NCBI GenBank assembly: GCA_028279765.1
Contig: JANQND010000022.1
Location: forward strand, 26,149-90,148
Direction: 5' to 3'
Origin: Candidatus Nanoarchaeia archaeon
GTDB taxonomy: Archaea; Nanobdellota; Nanobdellia; Woesearchaeales; WJIZ01
Length of the DNA stretch: 64,000 bases
Position 1 is the stretch's first letter. Every line of letters starts with the position of its first letter. The notes below the pieces were generated by a model, which saw only the letters and a list, made by a program, of their open reading frames with translations, had not been told where the DNA came from and did not search any database. This document shows positions 10,401-19,190 of this stretch, piece by piece. The position numbers and the translations under genes are program-made.

Positions 10401-11283
10401 GGTTCTCTGTGTTTCCGGTTATACTTAATGTATAATCACCTATTTGCGTAGGGGTATATGAAGTCGAAAAAACAATGCCACAACTAAATCTTACATCTTC
10501 AACGTCAGTATCGCAGTGTACTTCTCCAAATCTTTCCAACTGTAGTACTTCAGTACTCTGATCTGGTTTAGTCAAAGCAAGCGGAAACGTATCGAAGTTA
10601 AGAGTTTGAGAAATATCCCAAGAGGTAGAAAAATAGAGAAAGAAAGGTGTCTCCTTATTTTGCTCCTCAATTTCCTGACTAGGAATTATATCTATATGCA
10701 TCGTTGTAGGGCTTCCTGGCTCTTCTGGCTCAGGAGGAAGCGTCGAAGGAGTATATAAGAAGGTATGAAGCATCCAGTAACCGCAGTCATGCTGGTTTCG
10801 GCAACCGCACTTCCACTGTCCGTCATGCTGTTTACAGGAATAAGATACAATGTAGTTCTCACCAGGAATTATTTCATTGCCGGAAAGCTCTAGATTAGCT
10901 TTCGCATCATCACGAATCCAGTTGCTGTCTCCAACAGTTTCCTGCGGGAACTCATACTTATGCCACTGGTTGTATCGCCAGATATAGCCATACTTATACA
11001 CATAAGCATTATCATGAGAAACCTTAGAGACAAGCTCAATACCTTCCTGCTCTGGATTGATACTAAAAAAGTAGTCATTCAAAAAGAAGATCTGTTTGTC
11101 ATCGTCAAACACATCTTCGGGGGGTGCATATCCTTGCGGAACATAGCGCGCAGCTCCGGTTTTCAAATCAGAAACAATATTGCCCTCACCTGGCGAGCCA
11201 GGTTCTGGCGGCAAATCAGATTGCTCGCAGGCAGCGAGCATTAGTGCTAGCGTCAATAGTAAAACAGAAATCAGTTTTTTCAT
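7414..11283 (-). CDS. large secreted lipoprotein-like surface protein with Cys-rich knot and poly-Ser tail
   Basis: 1289 aa. Signal plus lipobox-like MKKLISVLLLTLALMLAAC. Internal duplicated LPPEPxxPGSP segments. Cys-rich block (CNSNEDCPSEGSNYC…CQICEHGCSNGKC). C-terminal S10–GGGSG tract. The frame stays uninterrupted although the DNA is AT-rich. Confidence 0.75.
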   Translation of the reverse strand: MKKLISVLLLTLALMLAACEQSDLPPEPGSPGEGNIVSDLKTGAARYVPQGYAPPEDVFDDDKQIFFLNDYFFSINPEQEGIELVSKVSHDNAYVYKYGYIWRYNQWHKYEFPQETVGDSNWIRDDAKANLELSGNEIIPGENYIVSYSCKQHDGQWKCGCRNQHDCGYWMLHTFLYTPSTLPPEPEEPGSPTTMHIDIIPSQEIEEQNKETPFFLYFSTSWDISQTLNFDTFPLALTKPDQSTEVLQLERFGEVHCDTDVEDVRFSCGIVFSTSYTPTQIGDYTLSITGNTENLPEYIRINEGSLRVYSSEQLDEILIRENIENYKVKVGTYGWYSDSVESFYARYYQDPEEYDWVSVRVSRGDSAVSQHFDSWLRYGEDIEQRTIIVDGISHTVYWLETVYQYSDGDGKVYSTYSNEVRWPSNDRVVSISVSSDGSLPDLEPIVRAYLQRYPADEPIQCNSNEDCPSEGSNYCNGSSACTSYTHYQCENNQCVSYGGGGSCQICEHGCSNGKCEAGGPEGDEYGFASTTDKLNLYQELRTIKAILTSEELSTLGDGTFRGKETVSYTQRISAPDGARVIWDQDDEVSDDPVLMLNFPSNKNLISYELRFVEDAVSDVDSDSHLEDFESSTISMLGKEYAVTNAELKTGGVELILMRGDVQDTVEVGQNKTYTIEGKEYDTIVMIVSGNSSKTATTKFVINDEVTPSLSADEMFTLKDGTVLGIKEVVPVKNGDVVQNIVEFYLGAEKIVFDGVNNELDIYDRIGLDDIYVQVEHELNSGDVHLKEIVVALIPTSDLNLGDSLIESAKNKGESDYVLFLETFGLDYHYRGFPIYKYPGEIKIDRLSDENMRLSFTSKNGIDYNAPLVFAYPPSTSFIHLGEKSGKELHVKEGSYICDENYFVVESNENSRVLQLTNIKNADDSKHVKIKDIGSGDVMEFDFDPSTRVADMNIDGYTYKVRVENLSEPRCVTGTELTDDGDGIARLWTVTGIEIELTNSTESPDQCSIFFTEPEQEDDGSQDTFCFAFTLEESNQNIDFDGSVKELPDFELSMLTFDSNPAISRGYTKFGNLLRRDTSADQDVWTIFTHPHELAFKVSIISNGGPGSSDEPEYEGDVDDYIIREDIGDFKYEEYDVDEGDDDVAFQAEYLYNGSEAFGVVFSFSNSDKATEFLSDLTEEAEGVGCEQIDPDSEEETSNQLRHYTSCDINDGQYDLDMWISNNLFVFTYYPSGSPSDLYDAYREKHGISSSSSSSSSSGGGSGYSGTTVAAEGSTGLSADSSSFVKRLTS

Positions 11284-11373
11284 TATCTCACCTTTTAGTT
11301 TTTTGTTGGAAATTTGAATATTTAAAGTATACTTTTAACCATACTAGTATATAAATATTTCCCTACTCTGAAA

Positions 11374-12036
11374 TTAAGAATTACCAATAACGGCATCTAT
11401 CTCCTTAGGATCATGTCCATTCTTGAGAAGCTCCTGCTTAATTTGAGCTGGATGCACTCCTCCCTGCCGGTGATAAGAAACATATTGTTTGAGGCCTTGC
11501 ATTCTTTGTGCAGTTGCAGAATCCATTTTAGTAGAAGGGTGTGGGTGAGAGGAAGTTCCGAAGAGGTGTTGCCTCATATAATAAAACAGCGAAAAAATTG
11601 CTGTAAGCAGAACAACACCTAAGGCAATGACACTATAGAGAATAATATGATTATCTGAAGGCTCACTCAAGCTCGTCTCAAGAGTATTAATCTCTGCCTT
11701 CAGGCTATCAACACTCTCAGATACGGTTTGAACACTTGACTCCAGCCGGGCAATATCTTCTTTAATTTCTTTTACTGCAAGAGAAGAGGAATTATCATTG
11801 CTATCACTCTGAGAAGAAGAGGATCGGGAAGATGAACCATAGCTCAGGTCTATGATAGGAATACTATCGCTCTCATTGGTCGGTTCATTATCATCTGAAT
11901 CGCCTGAAGAGGTGCCGCTGGGAGCGTCGCTTGAGCCAATGGTTGGCGGAGCAGAAGGGGGTGGAGGAAACGCACCAAAAACAGACATACTAAAACATAA
12001 TAATACGATAACCACAAGAAACCCTCTTTTTCGCAT
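11374..12036 (-). CDS. bitopic membrane protein with Ser/Pro-rich ectodomain and coiled coil
   Basis: 220 aa. Signal/TM at N-terminus. PPPPSAPP and Ser/Asp-rich low-complexity region, a heptad-like segment, a second TM (IILYSVIALGVVLLTAIFSLFYY), and a short cytoplasmic tail. Confidence 0.55.
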   Translation of the reverse strand: MRKRGFLVVIVLLCFSMSVFGAFPPPPSAPPTIGSSDAPSGTSSGDSDDNEPTNESDSIPIIDLSYGSSSRSSSSQSDSNDNSSSLAVKEIKEDIARLESSVQTVSESVDSLKAEINTLETSLSEPSDNHIILYSVIALGVVLLTAIFSLFYYMRQHLFGTSSHPHPSTKMDSATAQRMQGLKQYVSYHRQGGVHPAQIKQELLKNGHDPKEIDAVIGNS

Positions 12037-12136
12037 AAGAGTCCTTACAAGAGTGGATATTTAAAATTTCCTATCTTAAATCACTAGCAGTAAGAGAACA
12101 TAACAAACAACAACAATAAATCTAAGAAAGTGTTAC

Positions 12137-13207
12137 CTATTTTTTCATCAAAGAAACCAATTCTCTCTCAGAAATATCACTACGCAAACTATTAAGCACA
12201 AAATGCGTCTCGCTTACCTTATAGCCTCTCTTCATAATCTCAGAGGTGAGGTATTCTTGTTTAGGAATGCTCTTAAGATTATATTTTTTTGCAAGAGCAG
12301 GAATTTCGTAAAAACCAAAAGAGTCAATGAGGGATTCCTTCTTAATCGATTCTAAAAAACGATAGAGCTCCTTCTCCATTCCTTCTAATCCTTTTCCTTT
12401 AGATTTCTTCAGAAAACAATCAGCCATATCTGAAGCAAGAGAAGAGTCCCATAATGCTCCAAGCCAGAGGGGGCCGGCATCCCCATAGGTTCCATGCTGT
12501 TTCAGAACCGCATCAACTTTTGACTTTCCTTTATGGCAGGAAAAAAACACCCGCATATAGTGGTCTTTCGAATATGAGTAGAGAGGTATCAACGCTTTAT
12601 CAAATTGAGATCCAATCAGTTGGCATTTTCGAATAAGGATACGAAGACCAATCTCATGCATGATCTCATTACGCAGAGGAGTTGCCCAGTACTTTCGCTT
12701 GCAAGCCTTCGCATAGGTTCCGCAGAGTGCAGAAGTGTCTGTTGCCGTAATAGCGAGAATTCCGTCCCGGGATATTCTCTTAATAGAGGAGTCCAAAAAA
12801 GCATTCGGGCTTCCAAACGGGTCAATATCGATATAATCAAACCCGGAAGAATTCAGTAGGAATAAGTTTGCATCATCATTGCGTAAAAGTACTTTTTTAC
12901 TTTTAATCTCATTCAACGCAAGGTTTTTCTTAATAGAGTTAAGAGCAGCTTTATCATAATCATTAAAAGAGACATTCTTAATCATGCTTTTTTTCAGTTC
13001 TAGCAGAAATCGAATGCCCCGAACACCAGACCCCGCCAGCGGTAAGCCAAACTGCATATTTTTCCTTCCGAGGCAGGATAGCAAAAGAACAGAAACGGAC
13101 CGGTTTAATTCCATCACCGGATTATAAAACACCTCCATGTCCTTAGAAACAATTTTCTGTGGGGTAACCTGTATCTTTGCTTTTCCTTCTATAATGGTTT
13201 GGGACAT
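12137..13207 (-). CDS. trm1: tRNA (guanine26-N2)-dimethyltransferase
   Basis: FYNPVMELNRSVSVLLL…LAGSGVRGIRFLLE matches the Trm1 N-terminal SAM-binding region; 356 aa. Confidence 0.85.
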   Translation of the reverse strand: MSQTIIEGKAKIQVTPQKIVSKDMEVFYNPVMELNRSVSVLLLSCLGRKNMQFGLPLAGSGVRGIRFLLELKKSMIKNVSFNDYDKAALNSIKKNLALNEIKSKKVLLRNDDANLFLLNSSGFDYIDIDPFGSPNAFLDSSIKRISRDGILAITATDTSALCGTYAKACKRKYWATPLRNEIMHEIGLRILIRKCQLIGSQFDKALIPLYSYSKDHYMRVFFSCHKGKSKVDAVLKQHGTYGDAGPLWLGALWDSSLASDMADCFLKKSKGKGLEGMEKELYRFLESIKKESLIDSFGFYEIPALAKKYNLKSIPKQEYLTSEIMKRGYKVSETHFVLNSLRSDISERELVSLMKK

Positions 13208-13269
13208 GAGAAAGCGAAAAGAAAAAAGGAATTAAAAAGGTTTGTAAATTTCTGTAAGTCGGCCAAGCC

Positions 13270-13632
13270 TTACCTTACCGTAAAATACACATGCTTGCTA
13301 TCATATATATCTTCGCTGCTGGCAATAATTTTTACCGTATAATCGCCTTTAGGCGTACTTGCAGGGATTGGCATGTGCATGAGAAAACCATTGTTCTCAA
13401 AATTATCCAGGGTAAAAGGCCTGGAAATCATGATATCTCCCATATCCAGAAAGTATGCCTGCACAGTAACTCCCTCAAATTTCTTATCAAGACCATTATT
13501 TACGTTAACATGCATTTCCAGCTCTTCGCCTGCATTCACCGGCTCAAGCAAGTGAATGCTTCCTAGAAAATCAAGCCCAAAAAAGCTTAGCACTAGAAAA
13601 GCAGTTAGGATAACAGATAGATTTTTCTTCAT
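13270..13632 (-). CDS. small secreted beta-sandwich protein
   Basis: Signal peptide MKKNLSVILTAFLVLSFFGL (the track start at 13653 adds 7 aa). About 100-aa mature domain. No family assignment. Confidence 0.5.
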   Translation of the reverse strand: MKKNLSVILTAFLVLSFFGLDFLGSIHLLEPVNAGEELEMHVNVNNGLDKKFEGVTVQAYFLDMGDIMISRPFTLDNFENNGFLMHMPIPASTPKGDYTVKIIASSEDIYDSKHVYFTVR

Positions 13633-13920
13633 GATGGAACACCCCTCGATCATTAGTTACTATTCAATAATGCTAACTGATATATAAAGATTATGGTAGA
13701 GAAAAGATAGGAAAAGGCAAAAAATAACAAGGATGAAAAGTGACTGGAGAAGAAATTTCCATACAAAGTATGGTAATTTCTTTTCGGAATAGGATTTTCA
13801 GAGAGAAAATCCGTGTTTGAGCCCCTTGTTGTTATTTTTTGCATTCTAGTCTATCAAGGATTAGTGAGAGAGTATTTTTTATCAGCAAGCTTTAAAAACC
13901 ATCATCCAATCTTTATTTTC

Positions 13921-15675
13921 ATGCCATTAAGAAGCCCAATTTGCACGGTAGTTGGCCATGTTGATCATGGAAAGTCATCAGTATTAGACAAAATTAGAGG
14001 ATCTGCTATCGTAAAAGCCGAGGCAGGCGCAATCACACAAGCAATAGGCGCATCAGTAATCCCTTTAGACACCATCAAAAAAATCTGCGGCGATCTACTC
14101 GAGCAAACAAAACTCGACCTTACCGTACCCGGGCTTTTGTTCATCGACACTCCGGGCCACGCTGCGTTCACCAACCTCAGGAAAAGAGGAGGGAATCTTG
14201 CAGACATCGCAATTCTCGTCATTAACATAAAAGAGGGCATCATGCCGCAGACCATCGAGTCCATTGAAATTCTCAAGCAGTACAAGACACCCTTCATTGT
14301 TGTCGCAAACAAGTTAGACCTGATAGGTGGCTGGAAACAAAATCAGGAATCACTATTAGCGAATATCAATAATCAAAATCCACAGGCAACACAAGAATTT
14401 GAAACAAAGCTCTACGAAATCGTGGGGAAACTCGCAGAATACGGGCTTAATGCGGATCGCTTCGACAGGGTCTCAGACTATACGCAGCAAATTGCTATTG
14501 TACCGGCATCTGCGCATACAGGGGAAGGCATTCCGGAGCTCTTAATGGTATTAATAGGCCTTGCGCAGAAATACCTGGAAAAATGCCTGAGTTGTGACGT
14601 AGAAGGCGATGCCAAAGGAATCATTCTTGAGGTCAAAGAAGAAAAAGGTATTGGCAAGACAATGGACACTATTCTGCATGATGGGACACTAAATGTCAAC
14701 GATACTATAGTTATAGGAGGATTACATGAGCCAATCGTCACCAAGGTCAAAGCACTGTTAGAGCCCGCACCACTCTCTGAAATCAGAGATAAAAAATCGA
14801 ACTTCACTTCAGTAAAACGGGTAACCGCCGCAATCGGGGTAAAAATTTCAGCACCTAATATTGATGAAGTAGTCGCAGGAATGCCGCTTATTCAGACAGA
14901 AAACGTAGAAGAAGCAAAAGAAGAAGTGCAAAGCCAGGTTGAAGAAGTGATTATTGAGACCGACAAGTTAGGCATTATCATCAAAGCAGACTCTCTGGGC
15001 TCTCTTGAAGCATTGATCAAGCTGCTCAGAGAAGAAGACATTCCTATCAAAAAAGCGTCTATCGGTGACATCTCAAAAAAAGATATTGCAGATGCGGGTG
15101 CAAACTTTGAGACCGACCCATTCCACTGTGCTATCCTGGGGTTCAATGTCAAGGACACCTCAGCTATCGATGACAAAAAAGTAAAAATCATCACATCAGA
15201 AGTCATTTACGAAATTATTGATCTTTATAAGAAATGGGCTGAAGAAGAGCGCAAGAAAAAAGAAGCAGAGCATATTGATGATCTCACCTCACCCTGCAAG
15301 ATTGAAATACTCAAGGGTTATATCTTTAGGCAAAGCAACCCTGCGGTAGTAGGTGTAGAAGTTCTTAATGGCACTCTAAAAGCAAACAGCCCTATGATGA
15401 ACAAAAAAGGCCAGCAAGTCTCCAGCGTCAAAAACATACAGGAAAATAAGGAAAGTGTTGACAAAGCAGAAAAAGGAAAGCAAGTTGCAATATCCCTTCC
15501 GAATATAACCGTCGGAAGGCAGATTAACGAGTCCGATACACTCTACTCTGATATTCCGGAAGAGGAGTTCAAGAAATTCAAAGAACTCAAGGAGCATCTC
15601 AAAGAAGAGCAGAAGATGGTGCTCAAAGAGGTCGCTGAAATCAAAAGGCAGGAAAATCCTGTCTGGGGAATCTAG
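13921..15675 (+). CDS. infB: translation initiation factor aIF5B (IF2 homolog)
   Basis: MPLRSPICTVVGHVDHGKSSVLDKIRG G1 motif. DTPGH, NKLD, full G-domain, domain II and C-terminal beta-barrel. I used the internal Met; the track start 13813 prepends a hydrophobic, non-conserved 36 aa. Confidence 0.85.
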   Translation: MPLRSPICTVVGHVDHGKSSVLDKIRGSAIVKAEAGAITQAIGASVIPLDTIKKICGDLLEQTKLDLTVPGLLFIDTPGHAAFTNLRKRGGNLADIAILVINIKEGIMPQTIESIEILKQYKTPFIVVANKLDLIGGWKQNQESLLANINNQNPQATQEFETKLYEIVGKLAEYGLNADRFDRVSDYTQQIAIVPASAHTGEGIPELLMVLIGLAQKYLEKCLSCDVEGDAKGIILEVKEEKGIGKTMDTILHDGTLNVNDTIVIGGLHEPIVTKVKALLEPAPLSEIRDKKSNFTSVKRVTAAIGVKISAPNIDEVVAGMPLIQTENVEEAKEEVQSQVEEVIIETDKLGIIIKADSLGSLEALIKLLREEDIPIKKASIGDISKKDIADAGANFETDPFHCAILGFNVKDTSAIDDKKVKIITSEVIYEIIDLYKKWAEEERKKKEAEHIDDLTSPCKIEILKGYIFRQSNPAVVGVEVLNGTLKANSPMMNKKGQQVSSVKNIQENKESVDKAEKGKQVAISLPNITVGRQINESDTLYSDIPEEEFKKFKELKEHLKEEQKMVLKEVAEIKRQENPVWGI

Positions 15676-15677
15676 GG

Positions 15678-16133
15678 ATGCAAAACCTAAAAATTCTCAA
15701 TTCAAAAGAGGTTAAAAGGATATTGGGCTTTCTCGAAAAGCAGTTTGGGTATACCAAAAAGCTTGATTATGCGTTTTTGATAAATAACAAAAACAAAATT
15801 TATCTTATCAATAAAGGAATTGCAGACATCTCCTTAGAAAACTTGAGAATAAACTCACTAGGCCTCTACTTTGGCGAAATGAATGATTCAGAAATACGGC
15901 TAAGCATTGAGGGATCCCAGCTAATAGGCAATCAGTGCACAAAAAACATTTTGGAATTAAATGAAGCAGAAGCAAAAGACTGGCTGAAGGGAATAGATTT
16001 AGAAAAGGAAAGTGATAATAGAGCATACCTTCTTCTCAAATATAATAATGATTTTCTTGGTTGCGGTAAAAGCATCAATAACAGACTATTAAATTTTGTT
16101 CCAAAGAACCGAAGGTTAAAGGTCTCTAGCTAA
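15678..16133 (+). CDS. hypothetical protein, Nip7 N-terminal-domain-like (tentative)
   Basis: 151 aa. Segments KIYLINKGIADISLENLRINSLGLYFGEM and AYLLLKYNNDFLGCGKS loosely parallel the Nip7 N-domain and its junction. Overlaps the convergent PUA gene by 18 nt. Low confidence. Confidence 0.45.
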   Translation: MQNLKILNSKEVKRILGFLEKQFGYTKKLDYAFLINNKNKIYLINKGIADISLENLRINSLGLYFGEMNDSEIRLSIEGSQLIGNQCTKNILELNEAEAKDWLKGIDLEKESDNRAYLLLKYNNDFLGCGKSINNRLLNFVPKNRRLKVSS

Positions 16134-16589
16134 ATTCCAGATCTCATCTCCAACAAAATGAATATTTCTCACTACTTTTCCAGAACTTTGGGACTCTATT
16201 TCTTCTGATGAAAACAAAGCAACGCCCACCGCAAGCGGCTTTTTATTCACCGCATCAACAATAACAACAAACTCATCCTGAGCAATTCCGGAATCTATAG
16301 CTACAATTCCCGGCCTCATAATATCTGCGCCATTTACCACAAACTTAACTGCACCCATATCCACAGTAATCGCCTTCAGTGTTGCTTTTTCCTTCAGCAA
16401 AAGACGAAGAGAAGGGCTAACTCTATCTTCAAGATAGAAAAATACCGCCTCTCCATCTTGTTCAATAACACAGTATTTCTCATCCTCAAGTTTTTCAACA
16501 ACATCCTTTTTATCAAATGAAAAACCAAAAGGGCTAATATCATCATTGAGATGTCTCTTCTCTTTGTTGCTGAGTGTTTTTTTCTTCAT
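16116..16589 (-). CDS. PUA domain RNA-binding protein (Tma20/MCT-1-like)
   Basis: 157 aa. C-terminal VKFVVNGADIMRPGIVAID…PLAVGVALFSSEEI is a typical PUA motif, preceded by a DUF1947-like N-domain. Confidence 0.7.
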   Translation of the reverse strand: MKKKTLSNKEKRHLNDDISPFGFSFDKKDVVEKLEDEKYCVIEQDGEAVFFYLEDRVSPSLRLLLKEKATLKAITVDMGAVKFVVNGADIMRPGIVAIDSGIAQDEFVVIVDAVNKKPLAVGVALFSSEEIESQSSGKVVRNIHFVGDEIWNLARDL

Positions 16590-16598
16590 TGCAACCAG

Positions 16599-17006
16599 TC
16601 AATCAGAACCAATAGTAAATAAGATTTCCGCTTTAGCAGTACTCTTCTGCAACTTTTGCACAAGAACGCGATCAAAGTCCTTAGATGCTTTGCTTGCAAG
16701 TATTCCCAGTGTGCGCGAATCAAGAAAACCAGTCTTTCGAATGACCATTTCATGCTCATCAGAAAAAGAAGCGTTCAGAAAGAAGGAAAATTGTTCAGTG
16801 ACACCATCTACTTGCACCTGAGCATAAGTTTTCTTCTCCCCTACTATCTGTATAAATTGCTTCAATTTTTCAAAATCATAATCAGCGCGAACACCTACAA
16901 TGCAGTCTCCTCTCAGGGTAAGTTGAGCATCCTTCGTAAACTCCAAAGTGTTTCGGTGCTGGCAAAGAACATTGCGGTGTCCAAAGCAGGTAAAAGAATA
17001 CTGCAT
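16599..17006 (-). CDS. DUF371 family protein
   Basis: FTCFGHRNVLCQHRNTLEFTKDAQLTLRGDCIVGVRAD matches the conserved DUF371 (archaeal) N-terminal signature. Confidence 0.65.
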   Translation of the reverse strand: MQYSFTCFGHRNVLCQHRNTLEFTKDAQLTLRGDCIVGVRADYDFEKLKQFIQIVGEKKTYAQVQVDGVTEQFSFFLNASFSDEHEMVIRKTGFLDSRTLGILASKASKDFDRVLVQKLQKSTAKAEILFTIGSD

Positions 17007-17012
17007 ATACTA

Positions 17013-17264
17013 TTAGCGAAGCAGGTCCTCAATAGGCTTTGCTTTTTTCTTTTTCTTTGCTCCTTTGGAGGCTGCAGGGCTATCCTGAGTTGCTGCTTCT
17101 AGATCGACACCAAGATCCTTAAGAGAATTAACATGAAGCTTCATGAGTTGTTCAACGACATTGAGAATCTTCAGCATTTCTTCGCGCTCTTTTGCAAGCG
17201 TGCTTAATGCCCCTTTATGAAAGCCAATTTGTTCGTCCTTGTTTGCTGCTTGTTTTTTTGCCAT
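17013..17264 (-). CDS. small coiled-coil protein with Lys-rich tail
   Basis: 83 aa, helical heptads, C-terminal KGAKKKKKAKP. Tightly spaced downstream of the MoxR operon on the same strand. Confidence 0.45.
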   Translation of the reverse strand: MAKKQAANKDEQIGFHKGALSTLAKEREEMLKILNVVEQLMKLHVNSLKDLGVDLEAATQDSPAASKGAKKKKKAKPIEDLLR

Positions 17265-17307
17265 GGTTTATCACCCTCTTTCTAGGAAAAACATTTCATA
17301 TAAAAAA

Positions 17308-18243
17308 TTATGGTACGCTCCTAAACTTCGTGTTCACGATGACCCACTCAACAGAGAGTGTGATAAAGGTAAGAATGATCAGCCAAAGAGTCAGTTTAAC
17401 GGGCAGTTTTTTTGTTGAAGTGCGTGCAATTTCAGCATATGCAGATTGCAGCTGATCATTATTTTCCGCTTTGTAGAAGCTCCCTCCGGTATTCCTTGCA
17501 ATACTAACCAAAGAATCCTCATCAAGAGTAGAAACTGCTTCAATATCCGGTAGTTGACCTCCCTCGGAAGTTGCCATTCCGATGGTATTAACAGTGACAA
17601 ATTTTTCGTTTGCATAGTTAATAGCTTTCTCAACATACGTTCCCACGTTGCTCTGCCCGTCAGTGAGCAGGATTACTGACCTTCCTTCTTCCTCTGATAT
17701 CAAAAGATTAACTGCGCTGATGATAGCATCGCCAACAGCAGTTCCTGATGCAAATTCAATCTCTACGCTGTTCATTGATTCCCTGACAGCATCCGTATCA
17801 TCGCTAAGCTCATGCTTAACAAATGTAGTGCCTGAGAAGCTCATCAGGCCCACCTTTGAATCAGCAGGAACCCTGTCAATAAAAGCAAGTGCAGCATTTT
17901 TTGCCGCCTCTAACCGGTTAGGGTCAAAATCATTTGCAAGCATGCTTCCGGATGCATCAAGAGCGATCACATAATTAAATGTTCCTCCCTCACCATCATA
18001 CCAAAAAATAGGTCCGGAGAGAGCAAAAATAAGAAACAGCAGCGTAAAAAAACGAAGAAAAAGCAGTGGCAGGTTCATCGAAAGCTTGTTTGCCCCGCTT
18101 ACCCGTGCCAGGGCCTCAAAGTTAGCGAATCGCATAGCTTTCCTTCTGCTGAATTTTAAGCCATAGAAATGAGTGAGAATCAAGAATGGAATAATGAACA
18201 ATATCCAAAGATATCCTGGATTGATGAAGGTAAGCTCGACCAT
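17308..18243 (-). CDS. von Willebrand factor A domain membrane protein (BatA-like)
   Basis: N-terminal TM; MIDAS motif YVIALDASGSM…LTDGQSN; C-terminal TM. 311 aa. Immediately downstream of DUF58/MoxR. Confidence 0.75.
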   Translation of the reverse strand: MVELTFINPGYLWILFIIPFLILTHFYGLKFSRRKAMRFANFEALARVSGANKLSMNLPLLFLRFFTLLFLIFALSGPIFWYDGEGGTFNYVIALDASGSMLANDFDPNRLEAAKNAALAFIDRVPADSKVGLMSFSGTTFVKHELSDDTDAVRESMNSVEIEFASGTAVGDAIISAVNLLISEEEGRSVILLTDGQSNVGTYVEKAINYANEKFVTVNTIGMATSEGGQLPDIEAVSTLDEDSLVSIARNTGGSFYKAENNDQLQSAYAEIARTSTKKLPVKLTLWLIILTFITLSVEWVIVNTKFRSVP

Positions 18244-18255
18244 GGTGTATACTTC

Positions 18256-19152
18256 TCAACTCTTATATTTTTGCCTTCTTCTAAAAAATTCGAAAACGGC
18301 GCCGGTGAAATCCTTATCGGTCTCAAAAGTAAGCAGGCTTGAGTTTGTTTTCTTTAGTTCTGTCTGCAGCCTTGAGATCTGGCTCTTAGAGGCCTGCTCA
18401 TAATCCTGGCGTGCCTGAGCGGGGTCTATTAGTACGTTCTGTGGTGAAAAAGGATCCTTGAGGTACACCTCGCCCCCCATATCCGGAAGTCTCATGTCGA
18501 CCGGATCCCTTATGACAAACAAAGAAAGGTCATACTTCAATCCTGCAACTTTCAGCAGGTTTTCCCATCCTGGCTTGAGGCCAATAAAATCCGAGATAAT
18601 GAATACAATTGCCTCCTTGGGGACAAAACCCAGATTCAGAATATAATTGAGAGAGTAATTCAGGTCAAAGCTTCCTCCATAGTAAGAAGGGTCCTTTAGT
18701 GTCCTGATAATACGATAGAATTGATTTCTTCCGATAGCCGGAGGGATAACAGGATTTATGCGATCGCTAAACATTGCCATTCCTACATTGTCGCCTACCT
18801 GATGCATCGCATAGCTTAATGTTCCTATAAGCTCTGCAGCAAATTCACACTTCAGTTTATTATGAGAAGAAAAAAGCATACTGTCTGAAACATCAAACAA
18901 AAAAAACACCGTAAGGTCCCGCTCTTCTTCCATTACTTTGACCATCGAGCGATGTGCACGAAGGGTCGCTCTCCAGTCGATAAGCAGTGCATCATCTTCG
19001 GATGAATATTCTCTAAAACCGACAAATTCAAGTCCTTTACCCTTGAAAACCGATTGATAGGTTCCTGCCAGCAACTCCCTGGAGAATCCTTTCTTAAGAA
19101 CAGCTTCAAGCTTGTTAATCAGTGGAAGAATATCAACTTTTATTTCTTTCAT
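18256..19152 (-). CDS. DUF58 protein (MoxR-associated, vWA-like)
   Basis: FKGKGLEFVGFREYSSEDDALLIDWRATLR is the DUF58 signature. Degenerate vWA (FLFDVSDSM). Confidence 0.8.
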   Translation of the reverse strand: MKEIKVDILPLINKLEAVLKKGFSRELLAGTYQSVFKGKGLEFVGFREYSSEDDALLIDWRATLRAHRSMVKVMEEERDLTVFFLFDVSDSMLFSSHNKLKCEFAAELIGTLSYAMHQVGDNVGMAMFSDRINPVIPPAIGRNQFYRIIRTLKDPSYYGGSFDLNYSLNYILNLGFVPKEAIVFIISDFIGLKPGWENLLKVAGLKYDLSLFVIRDPVDMRLPDMGGEVYLKDPFSPQNVLIDPAQARQDYEQASKSQISRLQTELKKTNSSLLTFETDKDFTGAVFEFFRRRQKYKS

Positions 19153-19190
19153 GTTTCATCCTGCTCTTTGCAAGAGACCTATATACATAG

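Noticed and set aside
13813-13920. 36-aa hydrophobic N-terminal extension of aIF5B implied by the track start
   Set aside because: aIF5B proteins begin just before the G1 motif, so the internal Met at 13921 gives the canonical N-terminus. The extension would add an implausible TM-like segment.
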